DNA from: a virus | Direction: 5' to 3' (one strand) | IMG/VR virus record: IMGVR_UViG_3300031521_000021 | Coordinates: 32,001 to 96,000 of that record | Length of the DNA: 64,000 nucleotides | Part shown: positions 1-11,683 of the stretch, piece after piece | How positions within the stretch are numbered: position 1 is the first letter of the stretch | Layout of the letters: each line of letters opens with the position of its first letter | Program-made: the position numbers and the translations under genes | Notes under the pieces: generated by a model | What the model was told of the DNA's origin: nothing | Databases searched by the model: none | What the model saw: the letters and a program-made list of their open reading frames with translations, nothing else

Positions 1-423
1 ATAAATCCCTAACATGCTTTGGTAAGAAAGATTATGCTGATGTTATTGCTTTTATATCTGTATTATATATTGGAGCAATGTTTTGTTTGAAAATAGGTTT
101 TTGGTATAATACTTTTATGAATAGTGCTTTTATGCAATTAATGTTTAAAATGTTTGGATAGATAGATACTTAATATATTTTAAAGAGTCAGAAATGGCTC
201 TTATTTTTTTGTTTAAATTTTTATAATATTGGAAATACTAATTTTATAATAGTAATAAAGTTACTAGTTTACAAAGTATTTTACAGATATAACTTTAAAC
301 TAGTCAATTAAGTTTACGTAGAATACGTTAAGTTTGTTCACCTTTAAGTCTCTAAAATTAAGGTTTATAAAAAATCCAATGGGGAGGGAATATGGGTGGG
401 TGATTATATAGGAGGTGTGAGCC

Positions 424-831
424 ATGACAAAGAAAACACATTTGGTAATTGGTACTTTGGTAAGTTTGCCAATAATGGGAAGTGTTACGGGACTAGTTGG
501 CGTATTTGGGATTCTAGGTTCTGTAGCTCCAGACATTGATTGTAAATTAGGTATGAGATTTCACAGAACATTTACACATGGATTATTCTTTCTAATGTTT
601 AGTAGTTTAGGGATTAGTGTTTTTAATAAGAATATAGCATTGATATGGTTTATAAATTATGCTAGTCACTTATTATTAGATAGTATTACTAAAGGTGGAG
701 TTCCTTTATTATATCCAATAGGTAGTAAATATGGATTAAGATTATTTACTACGGGTAAAATATTTGATAAGTTGATTGGCTTATTTGGAATATTTATGAT
801 AGGTTTATATATTGTTAGTTTAATTATATAA
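424..831 (+). CDS. Membrane-bound metal-dependent hydrolase (YdjM-like)
   Basis: Motifs TH, GSVAPDID, HRTFTH, SHLLLDSIT, GVPLLYP; hydrophobic segments; GGAGGTG RBS. Confidence 0.85.
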   Translation: MTKKTHLVIGTLVSLPIMGSVTGLVGVFGILGSVAPDIDCKLGMRFHRTFTHGLFFLMFSSLGISVFNKNIALIWFINYASHLLLDSITKGGVPLLYPIGSKYGLRLFTTGKIFDKLIGLFGIFMIGLYIVSLII

Positions 832-1047
832 GGTAGGGTACGATATATAGGTACTTAAATTCTATATTTAAAAACATGCCCCCTCCCATATATGGTAGAT
901 TTATAATTATATTTACCATAATTTACATCTAGAAAGTATTATACAAATTGGTTATAATTAAATTGTGTAAATTATATTTAATGTACTTTTTTGTTTTTTC
1001 AATATTTTATATCTATCAACCACTATAAAAAAATAAACCCTTATTAG

Positions 1048-1090
1048 GAAACCATTTTAAACTTTTATTAGTTTAAAATGGTTTCTTTTT
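1048..1090 (+). terminator. Intrinsic terminator hairpin
   Basis: GAAACCATTTTAAAC / GTTTAAAATGGTTTC inverted repeat followed by a T-run. Confidence 0.65.
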
Positions 1091-1421
1091 TGTTTGTAGA
1101 ATTATATTGATATTGTTTTTTATATGAGATTATTAAATTTAGACAGGCTTATTTGTGGATTGTAAGTAGGGTGTTATAAGTTTTAGGTAATTAGTAGTTG
1201 TGTGAAATTTAAATTGCTTAGAATTAATATTAGAGTGGTTAGGTTTGATTTGTGGAATTTTTTTATTTTTAGCTTGTATTGTAATTGACGATAACTATGT
1301 TTTAATAAATTAATAGAATTAAGTTGACAACAATTAGTAAAAGTTGTAAGATAGGAGTTGGACAAGTGTTTCTATTTGTTCAAAATATATTTACAGTTAA
1401 TAAATTAATAGAGGAAAGAGA

Positions 1422-2216
1422 GTGGTTAAAATGGGAGAAAAACTAGAAAAAGACAGATTAGAAAGAATAGGTATGAGTAAAATTATGAAATGTTGTGGAA
1501 AGGAGGCTATAATAGTTGAGTATAATGGATACAATGATATAGTAATTATGTTTAAAGAAACTGGAGAACAAATTGATACATCATATAAAGTATTTAAAAC
1601 TGGTAAAATAAAAAGTCATTTTTCTCCAACAGTTTATGGGGTTGGAATAGTTGGATTAGAGAAGACTAAAAATGGACATGATGTATTTTACAATAGTTAT
1701 ATACGTTGGAATAGTATGTTGAGAAGATGTTTTAGTGAAAAAGAAAAAGAAAGGAGTCCAGCATATAAAGATGTAATTTGTTGCAATGAATGGTTATATT
1801 ATAAAAATTTTAAAAACTGGTATAATGAAAATTATTATGAGATAGAAGGACAGAGAATGGCTTTAGATAAAGATATATTAATTAAGGGAAATAAGATATA
1901 CAGTCCTAATACCTGTATTTTTGTTCCTGAAAGGATTAATACTTTATTTGTTAATAGAAATCAACTTAGAGGTAAGCACCCTGTTGGAGTTAATTATTTT
2001 AAAAAAGGAAATAAAAAATATAGAGCACAATGTAATTATGAAGATAAGGGGAATATTACATTAGGTTTGTTTGATACACCAGAAAATGCTTTTTATTTAG
2101 GATATAAACCATTTAAAGAAAAATATATAAAAGAAGTAGCTGATGAATACAAATATAGAATTCCAGTTAAATTATATAATGCTATGTATCAATATGTAGT
2201 TGAAATTACTGATTAA
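1422..2216 (+). CDS. Phage homing-endonuclease-like protein with C-terminal AP2-like DNA-binding domain
   Basis: W..ML.RC, C.EW..Y.NF..W, LDKDIL..GNKIYSP.TC.FVP..IN, then PVGV...KYRAQC...LGLFDTPE.AF. Confidence 0.75.
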   Translation: MVKMGEKLEKDRLERIGMSKIMKCCGKEAIIVEYNGYNDIVIMFKETGEQIDTSYKVFKTGKIKSHFSPTVYGVGIVGLEKTKNGHDVFYNSYIRWNSMLRRCFSEKEKERSPAYKDVICCNEWLYYKNFKNWYNENYYEIEGQRMALDKDILIKGNKIYSPNTCIFVPERINTLFVNRNQLRGKHPVGVNYFKKGNKKYRAQCNYEDKGNITLGLFDTPENAFYLGYKPFKEKYIKEVADEYKYRIPVKLYNAMYQYVVEITD

Positions 2217-2259
2217 CACATATATAAATAAATTAATAGAATAATAAATACATATTTTA

Positions 2260-2299
2260 AATAGGTATCACGAGGAGCATGACTCGTGATACCTATTTT
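2260..2299 (+). terminator. Intrinsic terminator after the endonuclease gene
   Basis: AATAGGTATCACGAG / CTCGTGATACCTATT perfect stem plus T-run. Confidence 0.8.
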
Positions 2300-3870
2300 A
2301 TTGTGTCTAAAAATATGGTTCAAAGTAAGTCATATCAATGGTTTGAATAGGATTTATATAAGTGAGTTAGATATCTTTATTTAATGTAATATAGTAGTTA
2401 TCGTTCAATAGGTTGATATGACTAAGGTTGATGGTAATTGAATGAGTGATATTGTATATTTTTAATAGTTTAATTTATGTCAGACGTTGGTATGACTTGC
2501 CTAGTCGAGACACCTTACGATGTTAACGTTCGTATTTTTAGCCTTCGCTACCAAAATAATCCATATAGACGAGTACAACACATATGTTCATTTACTGAAC
2601 ATAAAGTTAACCCAAATATGTATTATACGCCCCCATCCAAGTAATACACTCATTCCAATAACTACCAAACCAACCTAAAACGATAAATATACCAAAAATT
2701 ACACACTTAAAACGCTACAAACCAGTGATACCAATGGTTACAACTTAACAGTGTGAAATACATATTTCATATATAAACATATCCTAATTATTGGTAGTTG
2801 TTTTACTGCTTTGATGGTCTGTATTTGCTCCAATATTAACTATTAGCATCTTAAAATCAATCTTTTATCTGCATATATAATAAGGAAGTAACAACCATAC
2901 AATTTTTAAAAGACGAACACTTTCTTTATATATTAGATTATTATTCGAATAGGAGTGTGGTTGCTCTCTGCAACACTTACTTACAATAAGTAACCTACTA
3001 ACACAACATAACTAATATATAATAACATCAACACAACTAATGATAAACAATGATATTAACTAACATAATTATATCTACTTACTAATAGTAACTAATAAGT
3101 ATACAACACTAACTATATTAAAGTACATCTATACAAAGGTATATGACTAACGCTTAAACATACTAATAATAGTAACTACAGACAACTATTAACATCAATA
3201 CATCAATACATTACAATACATCTATATAGTACTCTAACACAACCTTAATAACTCTACAATATACAATGATATACAGATACTAACATAACACTATATTAAT
3301 ATATATCTATATACTAAACAATCACAGTAATATAACAATGTACATATATAAGATACAACTGTATACAATACAAATACAACTAACAGTATTATGATTATAT
3401 CTATTATAACCAACCTAACAGACTAATACAACAACAAACAATCAAGACAACCAATTGCATTACTAACTACTATAAGACCTCACACAACGTCAACATGAAG
3501 CACAACATATTAATAACTCTATGAATAAGAATACTATATATAATCTATAGATGAACACTAACATATATTAAATGTAGAGAAGTATATAATGATATTGGAA
3601 CAACAAAGCGGTACATCAATAACAATCAATTAAGATGCACATATAAACGACTCTATAACAAACTAACTTATAACAGATGCAATACGTCATACAATCCACG
3701 TATACTGCTTTGTATTTGATATAATAGAGTAAACAATATACTTATAATATAATACATCTATACAACATTACTACAAACCCATAAAAGGACATAAGAAAAG
3801 AGCTACTATAAATTATATAATAACTCTATCAATCCAGTAAACTACATTCAATTATACTATTAACAACCTT
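2300..3870. other. About 1.6 kb non-coding region with a switch from G/T-rich to C/A-rich near 2.52-2.56 kb
   Basis: No ORF of 60 aa or more; visible strand-composition inversion; repeated GT(C/G)ATA(T/C)CAA motif. Confidence 0.7.
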
Positions 3871-3962
3871 AAAATAATTCATAAATAACTCTGTTTAATT
3901 CTATTAATTTGTTGCAATTACATAATAAAAGGAGTATAATTATAGATGTTGGAGGTATTAAA

Positions 3963-4091
3963 ATGAATAACAAAAAGAAACGTAAAACAAAACCTAAAGA
4001 ACCGATATCTAACATCACAAAGATATCATTAATCATTGCTTTAATAAATCTAATAAGTGCATTGATAGGCATGATTAGTAAATTTATTTAA
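3963..4091 (+). CDS. Small basic-then-hydrophobic membrane peptide (42 aa), type I toxin-like
   Basis: GGAGGT RBS before ATG 3963; MNNKKKRKTK followed by one TM helix; promoter TTGCAA...TATAAT upstream. Confidence 0.55.
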   Translation: MNNKKKRKTKPKEPISNITKISLIIALINLISALIGMISKFI

Positions 4092-4182
4092 AGCCAAATA
4101 GGGAAGCCTTAACAGGGTTTCTCTATCATATAAAAGTTTTACGTTTCTTCTATATAGATATTATATAACTGGAGGTGTTAGA

Positions 4183-4281
4183 ATGCAAGGCAATAAGAGA
4201 GATTTTAAGTTTTCAATCATAGCATTAGTTATTAGTATATTAGCGTTAGGAATAACTATTATCAGCTTATTTATTAAATAG
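4183..4281 (+). CDS. Small single-TM peptide MQGNKRDFKFSIIALVISILALGITIISLFIK (not in ORF track)
   Basis: GGAGGTG RBS, ATG 4183, TAG 4279-4281; hydrophobic core. Confidence 0.6.
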   Translation: MQGNKRDFKFSIIALVISILALGITIISLFIK

Positions 4282-4452
4282 AAATAACTGAGTTTTATTA
4301 TATTAATTTATTGACAATATTAAAATACAAGCGTATAATACTAAATATAGGAAGTAGTTACAACAGGACAAAGTTGTAACTTACATATTAAGAACGAAAC
4401 AAATTAATAAAAGCTACCTACTAATTATTAGAGGTTAAAGCAGTGAAAGGAA

Positions 4453-4761
4453 TTGATTAAAATGGAAAGAGTAATAAAAGAAGGAAATACAACAAAGTAT
4501 TATTTAGATGATAGATTATTAATAAGCATAGAAGAATTAGGAGATAACAGTTTTAAGGTTGAAAATCTTAGCGATATAATGACAGGATTCTATAAAAATT
4601 TAGACGAACATCATGGAGAGTATAGACTTGATAAATGTTATGATAAAAAGAAAAATAAGAATTTAAGAAGAAATAGTGGAATGTTTAAACATAATACACA
4701 ATGGTTCACTTATATTTTAGAAGAAAAAGGATTTGTTAAAAAATTATTACCAGTACGATAA
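4453..4761 (+). CDS. Hypothetical early protein
   Basis: Own TTGACA-17-TATAAT promoter (4312-4340) and RBS. Confidence 0.7.
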   Translation: MIKMERVIKEGNTTKYYLDDRLLISIEELGDNSFKVENLSDIMTGFYKNLDEHHGEYRLDKCYDKKKNKNLRRNSGMFKHNTQWFTYILEEKGFVKKLLPVR

Positions 4762-4868
4762 CTAATTCATACATAGATTTTCAATCTATTTTAAATATAA
4801 GCAAATAACACAATCCGTTAATATAGATAAAATATAATAAATTAATAAGATGAAAGAAGGAAATTAAA

Positions 4869-5224
4869 ATGAGTAAATGTGTATTATTAAATGGAAATAA
4901 ATCAGAAATTGTAGATTATAGTTTTAGAGAAATTGATATTAAAAAATATTTTGGAGTAGATGACTTTGACAGTATGGGATATCATTCTTTTGGTAAAGGA
5001 TATACTGCATGGTGGCAAGAAGAGAGGAGAGACCTACATCAATGGAAATAACAATGTATGCAGGTGCAAGTTATCCAATATTTATAGATAGTAAAGTATT
5101 AATCACTAATGAAGATATGACAGTTGAAGATGATGAAAAAGATAACCAAATAGATATAAAATTAACTGAACTAAAGAAACATTTTAATACTGAAAATTCA
5201 TTTTGGGCGTTAATGAAAAATTAA
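4869..5224 (+). pseudogene. Single gene split by a 5-bp GAGAG duplication
   Basis: GAGAGGAGAG at 5022-5031; removing one copy fuses ORFs 4869-5051 and 5009-5224 (…WWQEE-RPTSME…). Confidence 0.7.
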
Positions 5225-5316
5225 GATAGATTGTTTGGATAGAGTATAATTTCAAAAATAAATGAAGTTATACTCTTTAAGTGCATTATTGAAAGAAGGC
5301 TTGATAAGATGCTGAT

Positions 5317-6048
5317 ATGTTAAACATAAAGAAAGAAAATAAATACAAAAGGAGAATTAAAACAATGATACAACAGGGAATATATGAAATATTTAACACT
5401 AATACAAATAAAAGATATATTGGAAGTAGCAAAGATATAGAAAGAAGATGGGAAGAGCATAAAAGAATGTTGAAAAATAATAAACACCATTCAATTAAAA
5501 TTCAACGTTCATATAATAAAACAAAGGACAAGTCTATATTTGTATATAATATTCTTGAAATAGTTGAAGATTATTATATATTACATAAAAGAGAACAGTT
5601 TTATATTGATAAATATGATAGTTTTTATAATGGTTATAATTGCAGTATGGTTGATAGTATTATCTATTTTAATTATAAGACATTAACTAAAAGGCAAAAA
5701 GAATTAAAACAAAATATATATTATAATAATTATATGGAACTATATAATATATATAAAGATAATATTGAGATATCACAAACATACTTAAATAGAATGAATA
5801 GTAAACACTACTCTTGGATTCAATATAATAAAGCAATTCAAGTAATACTAGAATATGAAGCTTATTTTACCACTAAAGATTATTATATAAGATTTTGGGA
5901 TAAATTTTGCATGATTACAACTTATAACAGAAATCCATTAATAGAGTATTTATATACTACTAAATCAAGTGATATATATTTAAATAATATAAGTAAGAAT
6001 TTATGTTATTTGACCAATGAAGATAGAAAACAATATGAGTATAAATAA
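5317..6048 (+). CDS. GIY-YIG homing endonuclease family protein (likely start ATG 5365)
   Basis: GIYEIFN...KRYIGSS..IERRW..H...L....HHS, REQFYID...GYN. Confidence 0.9.
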   Translation: MLNIKKENKYKRRIKTMIQQGIYEIFNTNTNKRYIGSSKDIERRWEEHKRMLKNNKHHSIKIQRSYNKTKDKSIFVYNILEIVEDYYILHKREQFYIDKYDSFYNGYNCSMVDSIIYFNYKTLTKRQKELKQNIYYNNYMELYNIYKDNIEISQTYLNRMNSKHYSWIQYNKAIQVILEYEAYFTTKDYYIRFWDKFCMITTYNRNPLIEYLYTTKSSDIYLNNISKNLCYLTNEDRKQYEYK

Positions 6049-6077
6049 AATAATAGAAAGAAGGTAATAAAAGTAAT

Positions 6078-7118
6078 ATGAACATTAACAATCTAGGAAA
6101 TGGACAAATATTAAAAAATTATAAAGAATTATGTACAACCTTAGAAATTAAATCTACTACAAATGGAATAACTAAAAATAAACAACTGGAGGAATTAAAA
6201 TTGTATTGTAACTATGAAAAACAAGGCAATAAATTTGTTATAAAAGAAATATATGAAACTCCAATTGATCCAGTATTGACTATTGATGACTTATTAAAAA
6301 CTAAGAATAATAAATACATAAAACTACTTGCAAATATAATAGTAGAATACTTATATAATAATCCTGATGAAGTCAAAGAAGTACCTATAAGTAGGTTATT
6401 TGTAATGCTAGGAATAACAAATACTAACTACAATAGTGCTAATTACTATAGAAAGGAGCTAAGCCAACTATATGATATAAGACTTGCATCTATATATTAT
6501 TTTTACTCTAATACACGTATGGAGTTTAAAAGTATAATAGAAAGATGTTTAAATAATCTTAAAAATAGAAGAGTTTTAAATTGGTATAAAGTTGTAATGA
6601 TTAAAGATGAAAGAACAAAACAATTATACAAAGCAGATAAGGAAACAGAAAAATTTATAATTGATACTGAAAAAGAAGCTTTGCAATATTTAAATTTAAA
6701 TAATATGTATGAACTTATGAAAGATAGAAAGAAATTAAAAGAGTTTAATAAAATAATATATAAAGAAACTAATATCAATTATTTTTATGCTTATGATTTA
6801 GTAATAGGTGAAAAGGCTTTAAAAATTGAATATAATAATATACAGGAATATAAAGAAAACTTAAATAAATTGATTATTGATAGAACTACAAAAATTTTTA
6901 ATAAAGATAAATATAAACTTTTTGAAAATGATTATAAATTACTAAATGATATATTGATTAATTTTGCTAACAAAGAAGTTATTTTAAGTGATTTACAGAA
7001 TAAACATACTAACAATATAAAAGATTATAATTCCAGTAGAGAAATGTTAAACGAAAAATATAGACAAGAACAAAAAGAATTAAAAAGTATTTTCTTTGAT
7101 ATATATGATATTCAATAA
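6078..7118 (+). CDS. Hypothetical phage protein, possible DNA-binding/replication-initiator type
   Basis: 346 aa; N-terminal KNYKELC..LE...KQLEEL..YC.YEKQGNKFVIKEIY resembles a motif I recall from large Firmicutes phages; followed by structured non-coding DNA; function inferred. Confidence 0.4.
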   Translation: MNINNLGNGQILKNYKELCTTLEIKSTTNGITKNKQLEELKLYCNYEKQGNKFVIKEIYETPIDPVLTIDDLLKTKNNKYIKLLANIIVEYLYNNPDEVKEVPISRLFVMLGITNTNYNSANYYRKELSQLYDIRLASIYYFYSNTRMEFKSIIERCLNNLKNRRVLNWYKVVMIKDERTKQLYKADKETEKFIIDTEKEALQYLNLNNMYELMKDRKKLKEFNKIIYKETNINYFYAYDLVIGEKALKIEYNNIQEYKENLNKLIIDRTTKIFNKDKYKLFENDYKLLNDILINFANKEVILSDLQNKHTNNIKDYNSSREMLNEKYRQEQKELKSIFFDIYDIQ

Positions 7119-7129
7119 CAAATTAATAT

Positions 7130-7194
7130 AAAAGTTATACATTAAAAACCCTATTAGATGTTCTTATTAGGTATGTTTTAAATGTATAACTTTT
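7130..7194. repeat. Inverted repeat AAAAGTTATACATT / AATGTATAACTTTT
   Basis: Perfect 14-bp arms (20 bp with one mismatch) directly after the 346-aa gene. Confidence 0.8.
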
Positions 7195-7790
7195 TAACTT
7201 AAGATAAATATATTACTTGGATTGGCTACGTAGTAGACAAGACAAAGGCTTTGGTTCTTGTGCCTAGCAAGAACATATACTATAGTGAATATAAGTCTTG
7301 TAGCTAACGCTACGCTTTTCTTCCCTTATGGTCAGATAATTTATTTAACTTAAATTAGATACTTATTTACTGCCAAGAATTAATACTTTTAAGATTCCAT
7401 AGAAGTTCGGAAAAGTTAAAAATATTACTATATAATTGAGAATGAAAACCATATAAAAACCACCTTTTATAAGAACTTTGTTATATTAATTTATTAAATA
7501 ATGCTTGACTTACATATCTATATGATGTATTATAATATCAAGGAAACAAAGATAAAACACAAAAAGAAATATGGAATTGCTTATTCTCAGAAGCTTTTGG
7601 AGCATTTTGGAATGAATCTGAAATAATGAGAATAATAAGAGAATATATTCCTCAAATAATGAATATAGTAAATCATCCATGTTGTAAGGGTTGCGTTACT
7701 GTAATGGATAAATAAATTAATAATAATTGGAGAAGTGAAAACACTTCTCTTTTAAATATATTAATAAGTAATAAAGGAGGTGATAATATA

Positions 7791-8126
7791 ATGAAAATCT
7801 TTTATTGTCCTAAGTGTAATACATATGAAGAAAATTTTAAATTTGAGAATCTTAAACAAGAAAGGGAATTAACCACATGGATTAATCCAAGAGACGGCTA
7901 CGGAATGATTATAAAACATATAATGTGTCCAAGTTGTGGTAATGTTTTAAGTGGGATTATGGAAGCTAGAAGCAATGACAGAGATGAAGTGTCATACTTA
8001 AAAGGGACTATTGAAATGTATAACAAAGAATCTAAAGATGGTGGAATGATAAACGATGGTGAATTAAAATGGTTAATTGACGATATAAAAAGAAGAAAAG
8101 GACTACGAAAAATTGATATTGAGTAA
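7791..8126 (+). CDS. Zn-ribbon hypothetical protein (CPKC...CPSC), paralogue of 50696-51019
   Basis: Two CxxC motifs; near-identical N-terminal half to the 50696 ORF. Confidence 0.75.
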   Translation: MKIFYCPKCNTYEENFKFENLKQERELTTWINPRDGYGMIIKHIMCPSCGNVLSGIMEARSNDRDEVSYLKGTIEMYNKESKDGGMINDGELKWLIDDIKRRKGLRKIDIE

Positions 8127-9553
8127 GGAGGTGAACAGAATGGAAGAAAATAATATAAATAAATTAAGTACTCCGACATTAAAGGTAAAACAAATAGAAA
8201 TAGGCGAATCAACATTTCAAATATTATTTAAAAATATATCAGATGTTGATAAAAATAAAATAAAAAAATTTAATCATATGATATATGGACTACCTATTAT
8301 AATATCAGAGGATATAGATTTAATATTTAATCGAATGAAAATTAATTATAGTGATGGAACAAGTAAAATAATGAAAATATTTGACAAAAATTGGTTTATT
8401 GACTATAACAAGATAATTAACAAAGGGGCATGATTAGTTTGAAACCAACAAAAAAAGTACAAGAAATCAAAAACGAATTGAAAGTATATAAAACTCATTG
8501 TAATCAATACTCCATATGTAAAAATTCTAGCACAGATTATTGTTATAAGTGCAAAGAAAATAAAAAATTAAATAATTATTTTGAAGTAGTAAAAGAAAAT
8601 GATTTTTCAATTTATACTCAAAAAAAAGATATTATAAATAAAATCAATAAAATTTATATCAGTACAAAAATAGAAATTCAAGAAGAAAATTTATTATTAA
8701 TAGGATTCTTATCAAGCATATTTGAAGAGTACATAATTATAACTGTAAATAATATAGATAGATACAAAATTAAGAAAAATGATATTAAACAATTAAAAGT
8801 ATTTAATAAATAAATTATAAATATAAATAAAGGAGATAGATGAATAAATGAAAACAATTAAGAAAGTATTATTCAAAAAAGAATATGAATCACCAATAGC
8901 TTATGGCTATGAGAAGGAGCATAAGGTTAAGACCTACATAGAGGTAATAGCATGGTTTGATTTTAAAGAAGGATTAAGATTTAGTGTAGGAGTAGCAAAT
9001 GTATCATTCTGTTATAAAAACCCGTTTAAAGCATTTATAAGAGCATTAGAACATGAAAGTATAGGAATGCAAAAGTATCAACAAATGAAAGAAGATAGTA
9101 GGAAAGCTGGAGTTTATAAGAAGTTAGATATTGGATTTTTAAATCATACCGTAAATAATTGAATAATAATGGAAGGTTAAAAATGAAAAATATAATTAAA
9201 TTAGTAACAAGAGAATATATTATAAATACTTTGTTAGATAAAAACAATATTACTGAAGAAATTATGGATAAAATTTATATGAAACTTAAAAAGGATAATT
9301 CAGAATTAAATGATTATGGTTGGAAAGATTTATATTTAAGTGATATACAAAATATAATTGATAACCATATAAATATACTAAAATAAGTTTGAGGAGGTAT
9401 TAACATGAAATGGGTTTGCCCAAGGTGCAATAAGGAAAATGAAGACACTTTAGATATTATTCAAATGGAATATGTAGGATGTAGAGAATGTGATAAATTA
9501 TTTGAAATAGATTTAGATAACGACGGAAACATTGAATCTATAAAAGAGTTTTA
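8113..9553 (+). other. Run of short hypothetical genes (8113-8433, 8430-8813, 8848-9162, 9159-9386 and a small Zn-ribbon ORF at 9404)
   Basis: Co-oriented ORFs with GGAG RBS; no recognised domains. Confidence 0.65.
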
Positions 9554-10324
9554 ATAAATTGAAATGTTGTTAAATAAGAAATTACTTGAACTATAGAAAT
9601 ATAGTTCTTTTCTTTTGTTTAAGTATAGTTTAATAATCAATATTACTTTAAAACAACTCTTTTAAAAGCCTTGTGTATTAATAAATTAAAATATATAAAA
9701 ATGAAAAACAGAGTAATTTAAAGAAAACATGAGATAAATAAACAATAGTTATATTAATTTGTTTTAAATTACTCTGTTTAACCTTAAATGAACTTTTACA
9801 AATATAAGATATAATGTTAATATTAATACATAGACAAGGTGAACACAAACAAAACAAATTAATAGACAATACAAAAGCCACTCACTATGAAGGAGTTAAG
9901 GCAAATAAGGAGTAGATTAATATGAGTAACTATTGTAAAATAACTTTTATAGATGATACTGAAAGATTAGCAGAAAAGGACACCCTACAATTTTTATTAG
10001 GAGTTAAAACTGTTAAATCACAAATTTTTACATATAAATACCTAACAATCAAAGAACTTGAAGAAGAATTAACACCTATAATGTTTGTTTAACAAGTAAA
10101 TATAATTAACAAATTAATAGTAAATAAAAGTCTTAAATGACTTAAAAGGAGTTTGATTAATATGTTTAAATCAATATTCAGCAAAAAGAAAAAGGCAAGC
10201 GAAGTAAATTTTGATGATTTAACAAATAGATTATTAGACAAAAATAGTAAATTAGCGGAACAACTTAAAAGTAATAGTGCTAAATAATAATAAAATAATA
10301 TAGAATGAAGGAGTTTGATTAATT

Positions 10325-11140
10325 ATGGAAAATACAAATACAAATATAGATTATTCAACATTAACTAATGATGAACTATACATACAATATCAAGAAGCTA
10401 GAAACAATTTTTTCAGAGCTGAATTAGGAACTGATGAAGAGACAGAAGCAGAAAATACATTTAGAAAAATATCAAGAGAAGTTTCAGAACGTAAAAATTT
10501 TGACTTAGCAATGTATAAAATGCAATCACAATTACAAATAGAATCTTTAACTGTAATACAAGAGCAACCAAACCAAAATAAAACAAATTTGAAAGGAAGT
10601 AATAATATGAGAACAATAAGAGGATTAATTAAAAGTGCAGTAATAGCAGGAATAATTACAATAATGACAGTTATACCAACTATGGCAGATACAAACGATT
10701 CAAGTATATTAAATCATTATACTAACTCTAAAGGCGATGTAGTAACAGTATATAAAGATAAGACAACGTATATTAATAGTGATGTAAATATTCAATCCTT
10801 AGATTATTTAGATAATTCTGTTACAATTGAAAAAGATAGCCAGTTATATAAGTTTTATGTAGACGAGCCAAGAGAATATTACTTGAATGAAGCTATTAAC
10901 ATTACTTTTAATAATAATAATGAAATAATAGATTGTGTAGTAGATAGTAAACCACAAGTATATAATACTCAAATAGACTCAATTACAGACGATATAGCGA
11001 CTTTATCGGTTAACGGGAACAAATACACCTTTGAGAATACAGAAGGTTCTGACGGCTGGAATGTAGGTGAAAAATGCAAAGTAGTTATTCAGGATGGTAG
11101 GTTGTTAGAAGTACGACCAATACCACTAAGTGAGCGATAA
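10325..11140 (+). CDS. Hypothetical protein with an internal start (ATG 10607) giving a signal-peptide-bearing exported beta-rich protein
   Basis: GAAAGGAAG RBS before MRTIRGLIKSAVIAGIITIMTVIPTMA-DT. Confidence 0.6.
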   Translation: MENTNTNIDYSTLTNDELYIQYQEARNNFFRAELGTDEETEAENTFRKISREVSERKNFDLAMYKMQSQLQIESLTVIQEQPNQNKTNLKGSNNMRTIRGLIKSAVIAGIITIMTVIPTMADTNDSSILNHYTNSKGDVVTVYKDKTTYINSDVNIQSLDYLDNSVTIEKDSQLYKFYVDEPREYYLNEAINITFNNNNEIIDCVVDSKPQVYNTQIDSITDDIATLSVNGNKYTFENTEGSDGWNVGEKCKVVIQDGRLLEVRPIPLSER

Positions 11141-11683
11141 AATATATTATAATAATAAATATAAACATTGATAAATAATATAGGTTATGTCATATCCTTA
11201 AAAGGCAATAAGGAGCTTAAAATGAATAATAGAGATAATAGAAGATGGGTAAAAGTATGTCCTAGAAATTTTAGTAACCAATATTTTTTTGTAGGATTTG
11301 AAAATAAAGAACAAACAGAAAAATTTATAAATAAAGTAAATAATGAGCAGGATTCAAGTGCATACAGATGTAGAAAAAGTAAAGTTGAACAAATATACGA
11401 ATTTGAAGAAGTTATTGGATATTTTGATTTAAAGGGGATTTATACTATATATGGTACAGAAATAGACATATCAGATTTTATAGATTGTTTAAAATAAAAG
11501 AACTGTATTTCCAACAATTGTTAAAATTAGTATTTTATCTGAACTCAATCACAACATATAGTGTACAACCAAATATTAACATACTATATATTGTGTATTA
11601 AATAAATTAAGTTAATAAAAATTCAAGGAGATTAATTTCTCCTTTTTATCATATATAAAAAAACAAATTAAAGGAGTGATAAA

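Noticed and set aside
2575-2612. Possible LexA boxes in the long non-coding region
   Set aside because: Matches are imperfect or have 5-bp spacing, and no clear downstream gene
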